The translations under genes and the position numbers were made by a program. Under the pieces are notes generated by a model, which was not told the DNA's origin, did no database searches, and saw only the letters and a program-made list of their open reading frames with translations. From an uncultured Acidobacteriota bacterium (GTDB taxonomy: Bacteria > Acidobacteriota > Thermoanaerobaculia > Gp7-AA8), in assembly GCA_937870635.1 (NCBI GenBank), contig CALMZP010000084.1, positions 5,335 through 69,334 on the forward strand: a DNA stretch of 64,000 bases, read 5' to 3'. Below, piece after piece: positions 1 through 8,359 of the stretch (positions within the stretch are counted from its first letter, which is position 1; every line of letters starts with the position of its first letter).

Positions 1-252
1 GTCACCTGTGACCGACGGGATGCCCATGAACTCAACCGAGCGGTCGATGATCGGCTTGCAGAAGCCCGCGCCCAGGTGGGTGTCGCCACCATCGTTGCGG
101 TATAGCTGCCTAGCCAGATCGTAGTTGACGCGGGTTTTGTCATAGGCCGGGGCCGGGCCAAAGAACGAACCGCTGACAACCCGCCAGTTGTGGCGAAGGC
201 TGCTCGCCAACGGTGACAAAAACTCGCTGATCCATCCGGTGAATCGGCTCAT
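1..252 (-). CDS. portal protein, N-terminal part (runs off window)
   Basis: Hand translation MSRFTGWISEF...NYDLARQLYRND...GFCKPIIDRSVEFMGIPSV resembles SPP1-type portal N-termini. ATGA overlap with the upstream gene; directly follows the terminase genes. Confidence 0.7.
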   Translation of the reverse strand, partial: MSRFTGWISEFLSPLASSLRHNWRVVSGSFFGPAPAYDKTRVNYDLARQLYRNDGGDTHLGAGFCKPIIDRSVEFMGIPSVTGD

Positions 253-836
253 TCCGTACCTCTCGCTTCCGAGACGAGGGTTTCAAGCTCCGTGACCATC
301 GCAGCGACCTTCTGCTGCGTCTCGATGGGCAACCCTTCGAGCTTGCTCCAAAAGTCGTCACTCATGTCATGCTCGTTCTTCTTAGTGACAACCGATTCCG
401 ACTTGTTGACCTTTGCGATGCCGCCACGATCCAGGGCCGACTCGATTGCGCGCAGCTTCACGGACTCGTCTACGGCCGTGCGCGCGAGTTCAAGCAGCAT
501 CTCGATCAGGTCGATGTTGTGGCGCTTCAGGTGTTCGATTGCGCCGTCCGTAATGTCACCGGCGACCTTGGCACACATCTGTTGCCACGTCTCATCCTCT
601 GCCCACGCCTTGACAAGACTGCCCTGGATGTTGAGCGTGTCGGAGATGTACCGCCACGACCACCCTGCGGCTTTCAGCGTTGCCGAGTAAGCCTGTGCGT
701 AAGCAAGCTCGGCCGCTGTCAGTTCCGAGAGATCAGTGATCTTCTTCGACTTGCGCCTACTGAAAATCGCTGACCCGTGCTTGTTGCGCGGGCCGACGAC
801 TTCGAGGAGACGTTCTGCGTCTGTGCGCCTAGGCAT
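249..836 (-). CDS. terminase small subunit-like HTH protein
   Basis: HTH-like segment GWSWRYISDTLNIQGSLVKAW plus ESVKLRAIESALDRGG, a pattern common in TerS; lies between TerL and portal. Confidence 0.55.
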   Translation of the reverse strand: MPRRTDAERLLEVVGPRNKHGSAIFSRRKSKKITDLSELTAAELAYAQAYSATLKAAGWSWRYISDTLNIQGSLVKAWAEDETWQQMCAKVAGDITDGAIEHLKRHNIDLIEMLLELARTAVDESVKLRAIESALDRGGIAKVNKSESVVTKKNEHDMSDDFWSKLEGLPIETQQKVAAMVTELETLVSEARGTE

Positions 837-2541
837 GTGCGACTACGCTCCCTGAACGGTGAAAAAGATCACCGATGGATGCGGGGACAATCGTGTGCGG
901 CTTCTTCATCGTGGCGATCTCGCAGAACATGTCCGCGTGGTGCCAGTGATCCGGGTTCTTGTTTTTCATCCAGCGGCGGACGTTACGGCCCTTCGTGTCC
1001 TCCTCCTCCGTCGCCGCCATCTGACAAAGCTGGTACATGTAGCCGTTGTACGGAAGGCGCGGCATGTTCTCACCGATTGTCTCCACGTCCATCGGCATGA
1101 GCATCCGGCCCATCATCATCCGGTTGATGAACATGTCGAAGGCGTCGGTGCGGTCGATGTTGACCTTGCCGACCTCGCCAGGCTTGGGCGAATTGAAAAC
1201 GCCTGTCTCTGCCTGATCGGGGCGATCCTGCTCGAACCCGATCCAAACGCGCTTGTGATACTTCAGCGCGAGCCGCTTGGCCTCAGACTTTTCAGGGTGC
1301 GCATCGATGACGCAAGTGAAAGAGCCGAGTCCTGCAAGGAACTCGTCAAGCTGCTTCCACATGTCCTTCCCCGGCTTGTCAGCCATGATGCGCGCTTGCC
1401 AGAAAACTCGACGGTCGAAGCGGTCGAGATAGTCGGCGCGCACGTGAAGGACATTGCCGACATCGACGCCGACGTAGATGGCCCCTCCTGGGATGCCCCC
1501 CTGTGACAATCCCCCCTCGATGCACTTGCGGATCAGTTCGGGTGTGATCTGATCGCCGGCGCTGACAAACGGCTCGCCTCGGTTGTTGTTGAACCAGGCC
1601 CGCAGCTTCTTCGGTTGCGTCTGCCCGAGAAAGTAGTTGTCCATGAACCCGGCGATTGTCTGCGTGGGTGAGTGAAGCTGGTTGATGTGGTACCCACGCT
1701 TTCGACCACTCGGGTTGTCAGACTCCCACTGACCGAACTCGTTGGCCGCAGCCCGTTGGATGTCAGTGATCTCCTTCTTGCAGTACGCGCAGCGAACCTC
1801 GCACGCCTCGGCTGTATCTCCGATGGCGACGTTCTCCTCGACGGTGAATGTCTGCCTGCGTGAGCAATGCGGACAGGGCACGTACCACCTGTGCTGATCG
1901 CTCGCGTGCCAGGCATCCTCGGCGTCAACGCCGTGGCCTGGTGCGGTCGGAGTTGACAACTCCGTCTTGCGCTTGATGGCGGAGCCGTCGAGCCGCGCCA
2001 TCGCCTCGGGGATGTTGTCCTCGATCATCTTGTCACGCTCGTCCATGACAAGCACATCGGACGGAATCTCTCGAAGCTCCGTCCAGATGTTCGTCCCTCG
2101 GATGCGTAGCGCGATGTCATCGACCGTCTGCTTGTGAAGCCGGTTGTCAACCGACTTGAACATGTCAGACAATCCGGGGTTGGACGCGATGATCGGATCG
2201 ATCCGGCCCTGGACAAAGGGGATGGCTCCCGTTTTCAGCGGCATCAGGTACAGGTGATGCCAGCGCCTTTTCACGATCCAATGGAACGTCCTGACAAGGA
2301 AAATCGTTGTCAGGCCCATCTGAGCACCCTTGGGCACGATGATCCAGTCGGACTCGTCGCGGATGATGTCGCGCTGGAACTCGCGGCCCCGCATGTCAAA
2401 AGGATGTCCGTCTACTCTCAGCTTCAAGAGATCGGCCCAGGCATCCGGGTAGACGGCCGCGTTCGCGCGTGCCGAAAGACCCCCGCTGGTTGTGGCGGAA
2501 AGCCGCTTGGTTCCGTGGTTTTTCGCTGTTTTCCGGGCCAC
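829..2541 (-). CDS. terL: terminase large subunit, lambda GpA-like
   Basis: KGAQMGLTT (Walker A variant), LVMDERD (Walker B), STPT coupling motif, CPHC/CAYC zinc finger, GVDVG nuclease motif, C-terminal NPDHWHHAD. Confidence 0.92.
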   Translation of the reverse strand: MARKTAKNHGTKRLSATTSGGLSARANAAVYPDAWADLLKLRVDGHPFDMRGREFQRDIIRDESDWIIVPKGAQMGLTTIFLVRTFHWIVKRRWHHLYLMPLKTGAIPFVQGRIDPIIASNPGLSDMFKSVDNRLHKQTVDDIALRIRGTNIWTELREIPSDVLVMDERDKMIEDNIPEAMARLDGSAIKRKTELSTPTAPGHGVDAEDAWHASDQHRWYVPCPHCSRRQTFTVEENVAIGDTAEACEVRCAYCKKEITDIQRAAANEFGQWESDNPSGRKRGYHINQLHSPTQTIAGFMDNYFLGQTQPKKLRAWFNNNRGEPFVSAGDQITPELIRKCIEGGLSQGGIPGGAIYVGVDVGNVLHVRADYLDRFDRRVFWQARIMADKPGKDMWKQLDEFLAGLGSFTCVIDAHPEKSEAKRLALKYHKRVWIGFEQDRPDQAETGVFNSPKPGEVGKVNIDRTDAFDMFINRMMMGRMLMPMDVETIGENMPRLPYNGYMYQLCQMAATEEEDTKGRNVRRWMKNKNPDHWHHADMFCEIATMKKPHTIVPASIGDLFHRSGSVVAHA

Positions 2542-2615
2542 TGAAAAGGTACGGCGTTTGTGCCGTCGATGTCAGTGTACCCCGCCGCTGTCAGCCCAAA
2601 AAGAGAGGGCCGGGT

Positions 2616-2960
2616 TCAGAGATCGCGCCAGGACAGCCGAGCGCCACTTAGTTGCTCTTGTTTCGACACCAATCGATGACAATTTGCGCATAAGTTTTCA
2701 ATGCGCTTTGGCGCTCTATGACCATCGATCTGACAAGAATCAGACGCCTCAAACCCGCAGCACTCACAGACAAGCGATGCGCCCTGGCGGTGCGCGGCCT
2801 TCCCACCTGTCCCCCGGCCTTTCACGCACCCAAAACGCGGCTTGCCTGATCGGGTTGTCCCTTTGGCTCGAAGTCGAGTCGGCCCACAGACAGCGCAAGT
2901 CGCCGTTCGGGCCTCCACGTCAATGTCACTGAGCCGGTGCGATCCGTGTGTATAAGCCAT
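2616..2960 (-). CDS. HNH-type endonuclease (possibly degenerate)
   Basis: CECCG...QIDGHR...ENLCANCH; N-terminus (DVEARTATCAVCGP) is paralogous to the 38372-38821 ORF. Confidence 0.7.
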   Translation of the reverse strand: MAYTHGSHRLSDIDVEARTATCAVCGPTRLRAKGTTRSGKPRFGCVKGRGTGGKAAHRQGASLVCECCGFEASDSCQIDGHRAPKRIENLCANCHRLVSKQEQLSGARLSWRDL

Positions 2961-2975
2961 TTCAGACCACGCTAA

Positions 2976-3009
2976 CAAAAAGAGGGCCGCCCCACAAGGA
3001 GACGGCCCC
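2976..3009 (-). terminator. Rho-independent terminator
   Basis: Minus strand GGGGCCGTC-loop-GGCGGCCCT followed by CTTTTTG. Confidence 0.65.
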
Positions 3010-3049
3010 CAGGCCCGAAACGTCGCGCTCTCGGAAGCCCGACGAGGCC

Positions 3050-3079
3050 AGGGTAGTGCCCCGGCCCCGTCGATGTCAA
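3050..3079 (-). promoter_or_regulatory. sigmaA/sigma70-like promoter
   Basis: TTGACA-18 nt-TACCCT on the minus strand. Confidence 0.55.
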
Positions 3080-3085
3080 ACCAGG

Positions 3086-3405
3086 CTAGAAATCGTCTCC
3101 TAGCACTTCCTCGCCAAACCTCGGCAGTCCCGCTTTTTCATCCCACCAATATTCAGGAGGGACAAGATCGAGCGGAACAGAAAACCCCATGTCATGCCAC
3201 GCTTGACATTCTTCGAGCGTGAAAAGTCGGGGAGCACGAATGAGACGCGAACCGAGTCCCCAGGGTATACGACGTGTGGCACTACGTCGATTTTCACACT
3301 CATCGCGGAACCGTTGGGCAAGCGGAATGTCAGTGAACCCGATTCGAGCGTCATGCCGTCTTGTGTTGAGCCGCCCGTACCTGCGCCCCTTGATCCCGGC
3401 CACAT
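3086..3405 (-). CDS. hypothetical protein (two overlapping frames both open)
   Basis: ORFs 3086-3442 and 3100-3405 overlap in different frames; one is expected to be real given tight gene packing. Confidence 0.45.
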
Positions 3406-3848
3406 TAGAGGGCCGGGTCGATGCTGTTGGAGAACCTGACAAGCGAATAGGCCAGCCTGTCTACCGCCGCTTCGAGGTTGTGACTGAAAACCGTCTCGAT
3501 CACATCTCGCACGTCACGGTGAAGCTGGCCCTCTAGCTGATCGAGGATGCCTTCGATGTCGCGGGTGACAAGGTGCAGTAGTTCATGGACGATGGCGACC
3601 TCCAACGTAAGGTGCGCATCCGGCCGAAACGATGTCAGTAGCTCCTCGTTGATGTAGAGCCGCGCCGTCTCGTAGTCCTTGGGCCTCCACACCGCTGCAT
3701 AGTCGTCCTTGCCGAACTTGCCGAAGTCGTCGTCGTTTTCAGGCCACAGGTGAGCGTTCTCAGGCCAAACGACATGGATGTGCCATGTTGTCAGGCCGAG
3801 AATGCCTACCCACCGAGAGACAAGCTGCTCTGCGTAAGCGCGATTCAC
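3405..3848 (-). CDS. putative zinc metallopeptidase
   Basis: HEXXH motif (IVHELLH); coupled to neighbouring genes. Confidence 0.65.
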   Translation of the reverse strand: MNRAYAEQLVSRWVGILGLTTWHIHVVWPENAHLWPENDDDFGKFGKDDYAAVWRPKDYETARLYINEELLTSFRPDAHLTLEVAIVHELLHLVTRDIEGILDQLEGQLHRDVRDVIETVFSHNLEAAVDRLAYSLVRFSNSIDPAL

Positions 3849-4204
3849 GCAGACTCCTTCTTGCCCGACTTCTTGCGTGCCTTGGCCTTCTTGACAACTT
3901 CCTCAGCCTTCGGCTCCTCGCTGCGTGCAACCAGGGCCGCAAGCTCCTTCTTCTTCGCGGGCTTCAGCTTGTCAGCCGCAATCTCCTCCGCGATCTCAGC
4001 GTCCACCGGAATCGCCTCTCGACGGCGGCGCGCAAAGACCTCACCGCTGATCCGCCCGAGTCGCAGGTGCGGCATGAGATGGCGATAGCCGTTGTTGAGA
4101 TCGCGTTCCCTCTCCGACGACATGATGTCAGTTGGAGTGGAGATGGTCTTGGTAAGTGTTGCCATTGTCATCGCCTCCTTAGAGCGCGGCCAACTCGAAG
4201 TCAA
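3845..4204 (-). CDS. hypothetical protein, Lys-rich C-terminus
   Basis: ORF in tight operon; AGGAGG RBS before the internal MTMAT start. Confidence 0.6.
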   Translation of the reverse strand: MTSSWPRSKEAMTMATLTKTISTPTDIMSSERERDLNNGYRHLMPHLRLGRISGEVFARRRREAIPVDAEIAEEIAADKLKPAKKKELAALVARSEEPKAEEVVKKAKARKKSGKKESA

Positions 4205-4685
4205 CCGTGCGTCGTGTCGCTTGCAGGAAGTGGTGCGCCGTCACAACTCCGTTTGTCAGGAGCCTTACTCGCTGTTCGTTGAACGTGATCGGCAGATCGA
4301 GCTTCATCGCGTGCTTGATCAGGTTGTACGTGTCCTGACCGATGTAGCCATCGACGTTGACAACGTGAACTCGGTTCGCAAGCTCGCACATGCGGAACTG
4401 GACTGCGTGAATGACCGCCTTCTCGCGCTCACCCAACGGCCAATCCTCCCCCGGCTTGAAAACGTGCTTTCCGAGGACGATGTTGCCTTCGAGCGCGTGC
4501 TTGTATGCGCAATCCGAGAACGCCTGTTGAAAACGCGCCGATCCGACAAGCAGGATGATCTCGGGCAGGCCACGGAGCATTCTGACCTCGTTGTTGGCCT
4601 CGTCCCACAGCTTGTCATGCGCCTTGTCCCCATTGGGGCCAACGGCCGTCAGGTACGAGAATGTCTTGTCAAGCATGGCTATCAC
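4179..4685 (-). CDS. hypothetical phage protein
   Basis: ILLVGSARF and VVNVDGYIGQDT motifs; coupled ORF. Confidence 0.65.
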   Translation of the reverse strand: MIAMLDKTFSYLTAVGPNGDKAHDKLWDEANNEVRMLRGLPEIILLVGSARFQQAFSDCAYKHALEGNIVLGKHVFKPGEDWPLGEREKAVIHAVQFRMCELANRVHVVNVDGYIGQDTYNLIKHAMKLDLPITFNEQRVRLLTNGVVTAHHFLQATRRTVDFELAAL

Positions 4686-4986
4686 CCTGCCTTCCGTCTG
4701 GAATCCAGATTCCCCCTTCTTCGAGTCTTTCCATCACCTTTTTCATCGTGTGCGCGTCCAGGCGGTTCCACGCCTTCTGCGTCTCGCGCATAGCGGCCTC
4801 GATGCTGGCCGCGCTCGGTTGCATCGGGGCTTCTGTCAGTTGCCTCCACTTCAGGAAGGCGACGAGGAATGTCAGTACCTCCTCGCCGTAGACCGCATGG
4901 AACTCGATCTCGCCGTCCGCCGCTGAAAGCAGCTTGACCTCACCCGGCTTCATATAGACCGGCGGGTACACCTTCTTTTCAGCCAT
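4669..4986 (-). CDS. hypothetical protein
   Basis: ORF with GGAGG RBS, overlapping its neighbours. Confidence 0.6.
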   Translation of the reverse strand: MAEKKVYPPVYMKPGEVKLLSAADGEIEFHAVYGEEVLTFLVAFLKWRQLTEAPMQPSAASIEAAMRETQKAWNRLDAHTMKKVMERLEEGGIWIPDGRQGDSHA

Positions 4987-5263
4987 CTAGCCTCCCTTCC
5001 AGCCAAGCGAACGCGAGCGCGGCCACCTGAATCAACTCCTTCTCGATGTCACCGCCATCGATGATGTGGCCTTTTTCACCCATGATCGCTTTACCGACCT
5101 CAGTGACTTCTTCGAGCAGCGCGATCAGCCGCTCCTCGTCTGTGTACCCAGGGTTGTCATCGAGGGTGTGCCGAAAGCGCCCCTCGCTTTTCAATCGATC
5201 CTGCCGACCCCGCTCGAACAGAACCCGCTGTGAAATCCGCTCGAACCGCTCAATACTGACCAT
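4979..5263 (-). CDS. MazG-like NTP pyrophosphohydrolase
   Basis: LLEEVTEVGKAI and IEKELIQVAALA match all-alpha NTP-PPase motifs. Confidence 0.7.
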   Translation of the reverse strand: MVSIERFERISQRVLFERGRQDRLKSEGRFRHTLDDNPGYTDEERLIALLEEVTEVGKAIMGEKGHIIDGGDIEKELIQVAALAFAWLEGRLDG

Positions 5264-5531
5264 CTGTCACCTTCCTTCGGTAGACGCGCCGTCCGAACAT
5301 GACCGCGCTGCCCTCCTCGCTGATCGCAGGGAAGATCGGGCCGTCAGTCAACTCCCACTCGTCCTCAGCCTGCGTGTCGCGCAGGAAGCCGAACATGGAC
5401 TGAGTAGCCGCTTCCAGATGTTCCTCGACCGTCTCCTCGTTTTCAGCTTCGGCTTCGAGTCGGAACCTAGTGATCATCGTCGCTCCTGTCATTCGTCTGC
5501 GGCTCAGTACCCGGCGGCAACGGCATGTCAC
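5250..5531 (-). CDS. hypothetical protein
   Basis: ORF in operon; true start probably MITRF. Confidence 0.55.
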   Translation of the reverse strand: MTCRCRRVLSRRRMTGATMITRFRLEAEAENEETVEEHLEAATQSMFGFLRDTQAEDEWELTDGPIFPAISEEGSAVMFGRRVYRRKVTDGQY

Positions 5532-5760
5532 GGATTTTCATTGCGCCCTGGTAGATGACGCGCTTTGACCCGTGGTAGTGGAAGTCCTCCTCCCCGGCCG
5601 GGTTGTGCGACATAGGACGCCGCTGAACATCGTCATCGATTGTCAGCCAAGGGCTGCCACCGATCACCTGCATGATGTCCAATGCAACGCGATCCATTTC
5701 CTCGATGCACTTGTCGCGCGTGTCGCCGATCACTTGAAAACTGAAGTTCGTTACCGCCAT
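5467..5760 (-). CDS. hypothetical protein
   Basis: ORF in operon with TAATG coupling. Confidence 0.6.
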   Translation of the reverse strand: MAVTNFSFQVIGDTRDKCIEEMDRVALDIMQVIGGSPWLTIDDDVQRRPMSHNPAGEEDFHYHGSKRVIYQGAMKIRDMPLPPGTEPQTNDRSDDDH

Positions 5761-6179
5761 TACCGATCCCCTTCCTCTGCAATTTCAGTCAACCGAACGA
5801 TCTCGGCATCGAGGTTCGGCATCTTCGCCGCATGGTCGCGGCTGTGCAACCGAACGGTTTTCATGAACTCGATTGCATCATCGAGTGCAGCAACAAGATC
5901 ACCGTTGCGATTTGTCAGTAGTTTCTTTTCGTTCTTCCAGCCTTCGTGCGCCGCGAGCCAGAACCGCAGCATGGCGACAAGATACGTGGCCCACTCATTC
6001 TCCTCTCGCCGCCACTTGTCACCGACAGCGACCCACACTGACCCTCTCGTCACGGCAATGTCGCCCTCCCTCGGCTGGCCGAAGAACGGTTCGATCACCG
6101 GCACACCGGCGCTACGGTTTACGCGCCACGCGAGATCACCCGCGATCTCTCTTTGCGGATTGTCAATCGACATTGGCAA
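5760..6179 (-). CDS. hypothetical protein
   Basis: ORF in operon. Confidence 0.6.
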   Translation of the reverse strand: MPMSIDNPQREIAGDLAWRVNRSAGVPVIEPFFGQPREGDIAVTRGSVWVAVGDKWRREENEWATYLVAMLRFWLAAHEGWKNEKKLLTNRNGDLVAALDDAIEFMKTVRLHSRDHAAKMPNLDAEIVRLTEIAEEGDR

Positions 6180-6531
6180 CCTCCTCCATGAACGGGATGC
6201 CCTTCTGACCGCAGAACCACAGCATGTCAGGCGGGATCACTGTGTAGACCTTGACCTCCTCGATGATGCTGCCGAATGTCGGCCGCACGTGAACCTCGGC
6301 CTTGTCAGGCAGGTACACCTGCCACAAGTCCCACTCCTCGATCTCGCTGACCCACTCCATGTTGCCTGACAATCCCCAGGCCATCGAGGGCGTCGGTGAC
6401 AAGCTGACGTAGGGTTGGACGTGTTCACGGGACGATGTGACAGTCGATAGCTGCCAGGGCTTCAGCCCGCCCGCGCGGATTGCTTTGCGCCGCTCAGTAG
6501 GCGACCAATGAAAAAGCGGTTCGAGCCTCAC
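6163..6531 (-). CDS. putative ADP-ribosyltransferase-fold protein
   Basis: LFHWS...AIRAGGLKP...YVSLS...EEVKVYTVIPPDML resembles the Tpt1/DUF952-like H-Y-E ART pattern. Confidence 0.45.
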   Translation of the reverse strand: MRLEPLFHWSPTERRKAIRAGGLKPWQLSTVTSSREHVQPYVSLSPTPSMAWGLSGNMEWVSEIEEWDLWQVYLPDKAEVHVRPTFGSIIEEVKVYTVIPPDMLWFCGQKGIPFMEEVANVD

Positions 6532-7215
6532 AGGCTACGCAGCCACCGCTCGAAGTTCTCGTTGCACAGGCACATGGACGAGCGAGAGCCACGGACGAGA
6601 TCAATGGCCTGATCCGCCGTCATGTCCCACCCGAGTCATGAGCGCCCGAGCGATGACGAGCGAGGAGCGATTCAACCCCGCCTGACAATGAACGAGGACA
6701 CGCTGGCCCATCTTCACGCACAGAGCAACCGAGTTGGCGAGCGAGTCGATCTGCTGCTTGTCAGGCTCCCCGTGACCGTCGTACATTTCGACCTCTTGGT
6801 ATGTCACCCCATCCGGGACGTTGTAGCTCCCCCACGGGTAGAGGTTGAGGATCGCGTCGAAGCGCGGCCTACGCTCGACCACCATGAATGTCATGTCGGA
6901 GTCGTTGACGCGCTGCTCTGTCTCGGCCTCCTCGTACAGCCAGTGACAATCGACTGGCAGCCCGCTTCGGTGGCGAGCCTCGAACTTCAGAAGCAGCGCA
7001 TACGGCACGTTGCCAAGCTGGTACTCGTACCGTTCCAACTCGTCGGGGAACTCGGCAGGCGAACAGCCCTGCCAGAGTGTGTCGATCACTTGACTGAAAA
7101 GCGGAACCTCGAAGAATCCGGCCCCGAGCGCCATCGCGGCGTTGCCACGCATGATCGGAAACGGCACCTTCTCCGTGTCCGCCACTTTGTCAGGATTTGG
7201 TTCCAAGTCGGCCAT
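6528..7215 (-). CDS. dual-specificity protein phosphatase, frameshifted near 6631
   Basis: VLVHCQAGLNRS (CX5R) motif. The family-typical tail WDMTADQAIDLVRGSR...NENFERWL lies in the +1 frame and ends at the GTGA overlap with the next gene. Confidence 0.8.
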
Positions 7216-7401
7216 CCGGCCTCCCTTCTCGCCCATCCGGGCTTTGTCAGACACATGGGGGTGGGCCAGCCCTTGAAAGCAAACCCACCCCCACGTGCGG
7301 AGGTACGCCATGACTTTCAGCGTGTCCCGTTACAACCCGACGGAACTAGCGGTGATGAACAGCACGGCACGCAGCCGAGCCGCCGCAGAGAACGCAACTT
7401 G

Positions 7402-7635
7402 TCATGCGTCCACCGGCTGCTCGGACATTGCGTAGACCGTCTCGCCGTCCGGTACGTTTTCATGCTCGGCGTATCGATCATACGAATCTGACCTGACAAC
7501 CTCGAAGGTGCCACCTGGATACAGCACTCGCGCCTCGCTAAGAATGTCAGCCGCCTTCACAGGCGCATCGAGGAACGAGTCCATCGTGAAAGTGCCGCTC
7601 GTCGTCTTGACTGTGATCATGCATACCCCTTTCAC
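7402..7635 (-). CDS. hypothetical protein
   Basis: Small ORF with AAGGGG RBS. Confidence 0.5.
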   Translation of the reverse strand: MKGVCMITVKTTSGTFTMDSFLDAPVKAADILSEARVLYPGGTFEVVRSDSYDRYAEHENVPDGETVYAMSEQPVDA

Positions 7636-7954
7636 TGAAAATGGTGCCGGGGCGAGTCATGGCCCCTACGGACGACACTCGCCCCGGCCAAGCGGCCCAA
7701 GGGCCACTCCTGAAAACGTGGGTGGCGGGGTTTAGGCCCGCCCTGTCACCGCTACCACCCCCTTTCGCCGGTATCCCTAGCAAGGGAACGGCGGGAGAGT
7801 AAACGCAAAGAGGCCCGCCGTCAAGGCGAGCCTCCATGCTTCCGGTCGCGTGGGCCTGGTAGCGCCAGGACATCACCACCACCGGCTGTGCCTCTAGGAT
7901 CGGCCGATCCAGTCACCCCGGCTCCCTCGGCGTCCCGAGGGGCGTCTTGTCAGT

Positions 7955-8119
7955 CTATCCCTTGCAGATGTGCGTGTAGCGGGACTTGCTCGACTCGCAG
8001 GAGATGGAGCGGTAGCAAACGGGGCACGTCTGCGTCGTGCGGACGATCCCCTGCTCCTTCATCCTCGCCGCGCGCCGCTTGTCAGCGTCCCGGCGGTTCG
8101 TGGTACCGGAGGAGGCCAT
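7955..8119 (-). CDS. small Cys/His (zinc-binding?) protein, 54 aa
   Basis: Hand translation MASSGTTNRRDADKRRAARMKEQGIVRTTQTCPVCYRSISCESSKSRYTHICKG; RBS AAGGGGGTG. Confidence 0.6.
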   Translation of the reverse strand: MASSGTTNRRDADKRRAARMKEQGIVRTTQTCPVCYRSISCESSKSRYTHICKG

Positions 8120-8324
8120 GTCATCACCCCCTTTCAGGTGTGGCCTATCGCGTGGTTAGGCTGAAAACGCGATTAGCCTCAACATGGCTCTTGCGCATCC
8201 GGTACCTCCTCTCTGAAAAAGTCCCCCGTCTGCGCCGCGCTCGGGCTGCGGCTCCCAAGGGCGGCGCTGTGACGGGGGAGGGGGAGAGCGCGGCGAGCGT
8301 ACATCGCGCGCTCAGGGAGTGGGG

Positions 8325-8353
8325 ACAGTAGACGAGCCGCGCGATCCTGTCAA
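8325..8353 (-). promoter_or_regulatory. sigmaA-like promoter for the leftward operon
   Basis: TTGACA-17 nt-TACTGT. Confidence 0.6.
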
Positions 8354-8359
8354 GTACCG

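Noticed and set aside
7642-7720. Canonical tRNA gene
   Set aside because: CCA-like end present but no TTCGA T loop, D arm or cloverleaf; kept only as a low-confidence finding.
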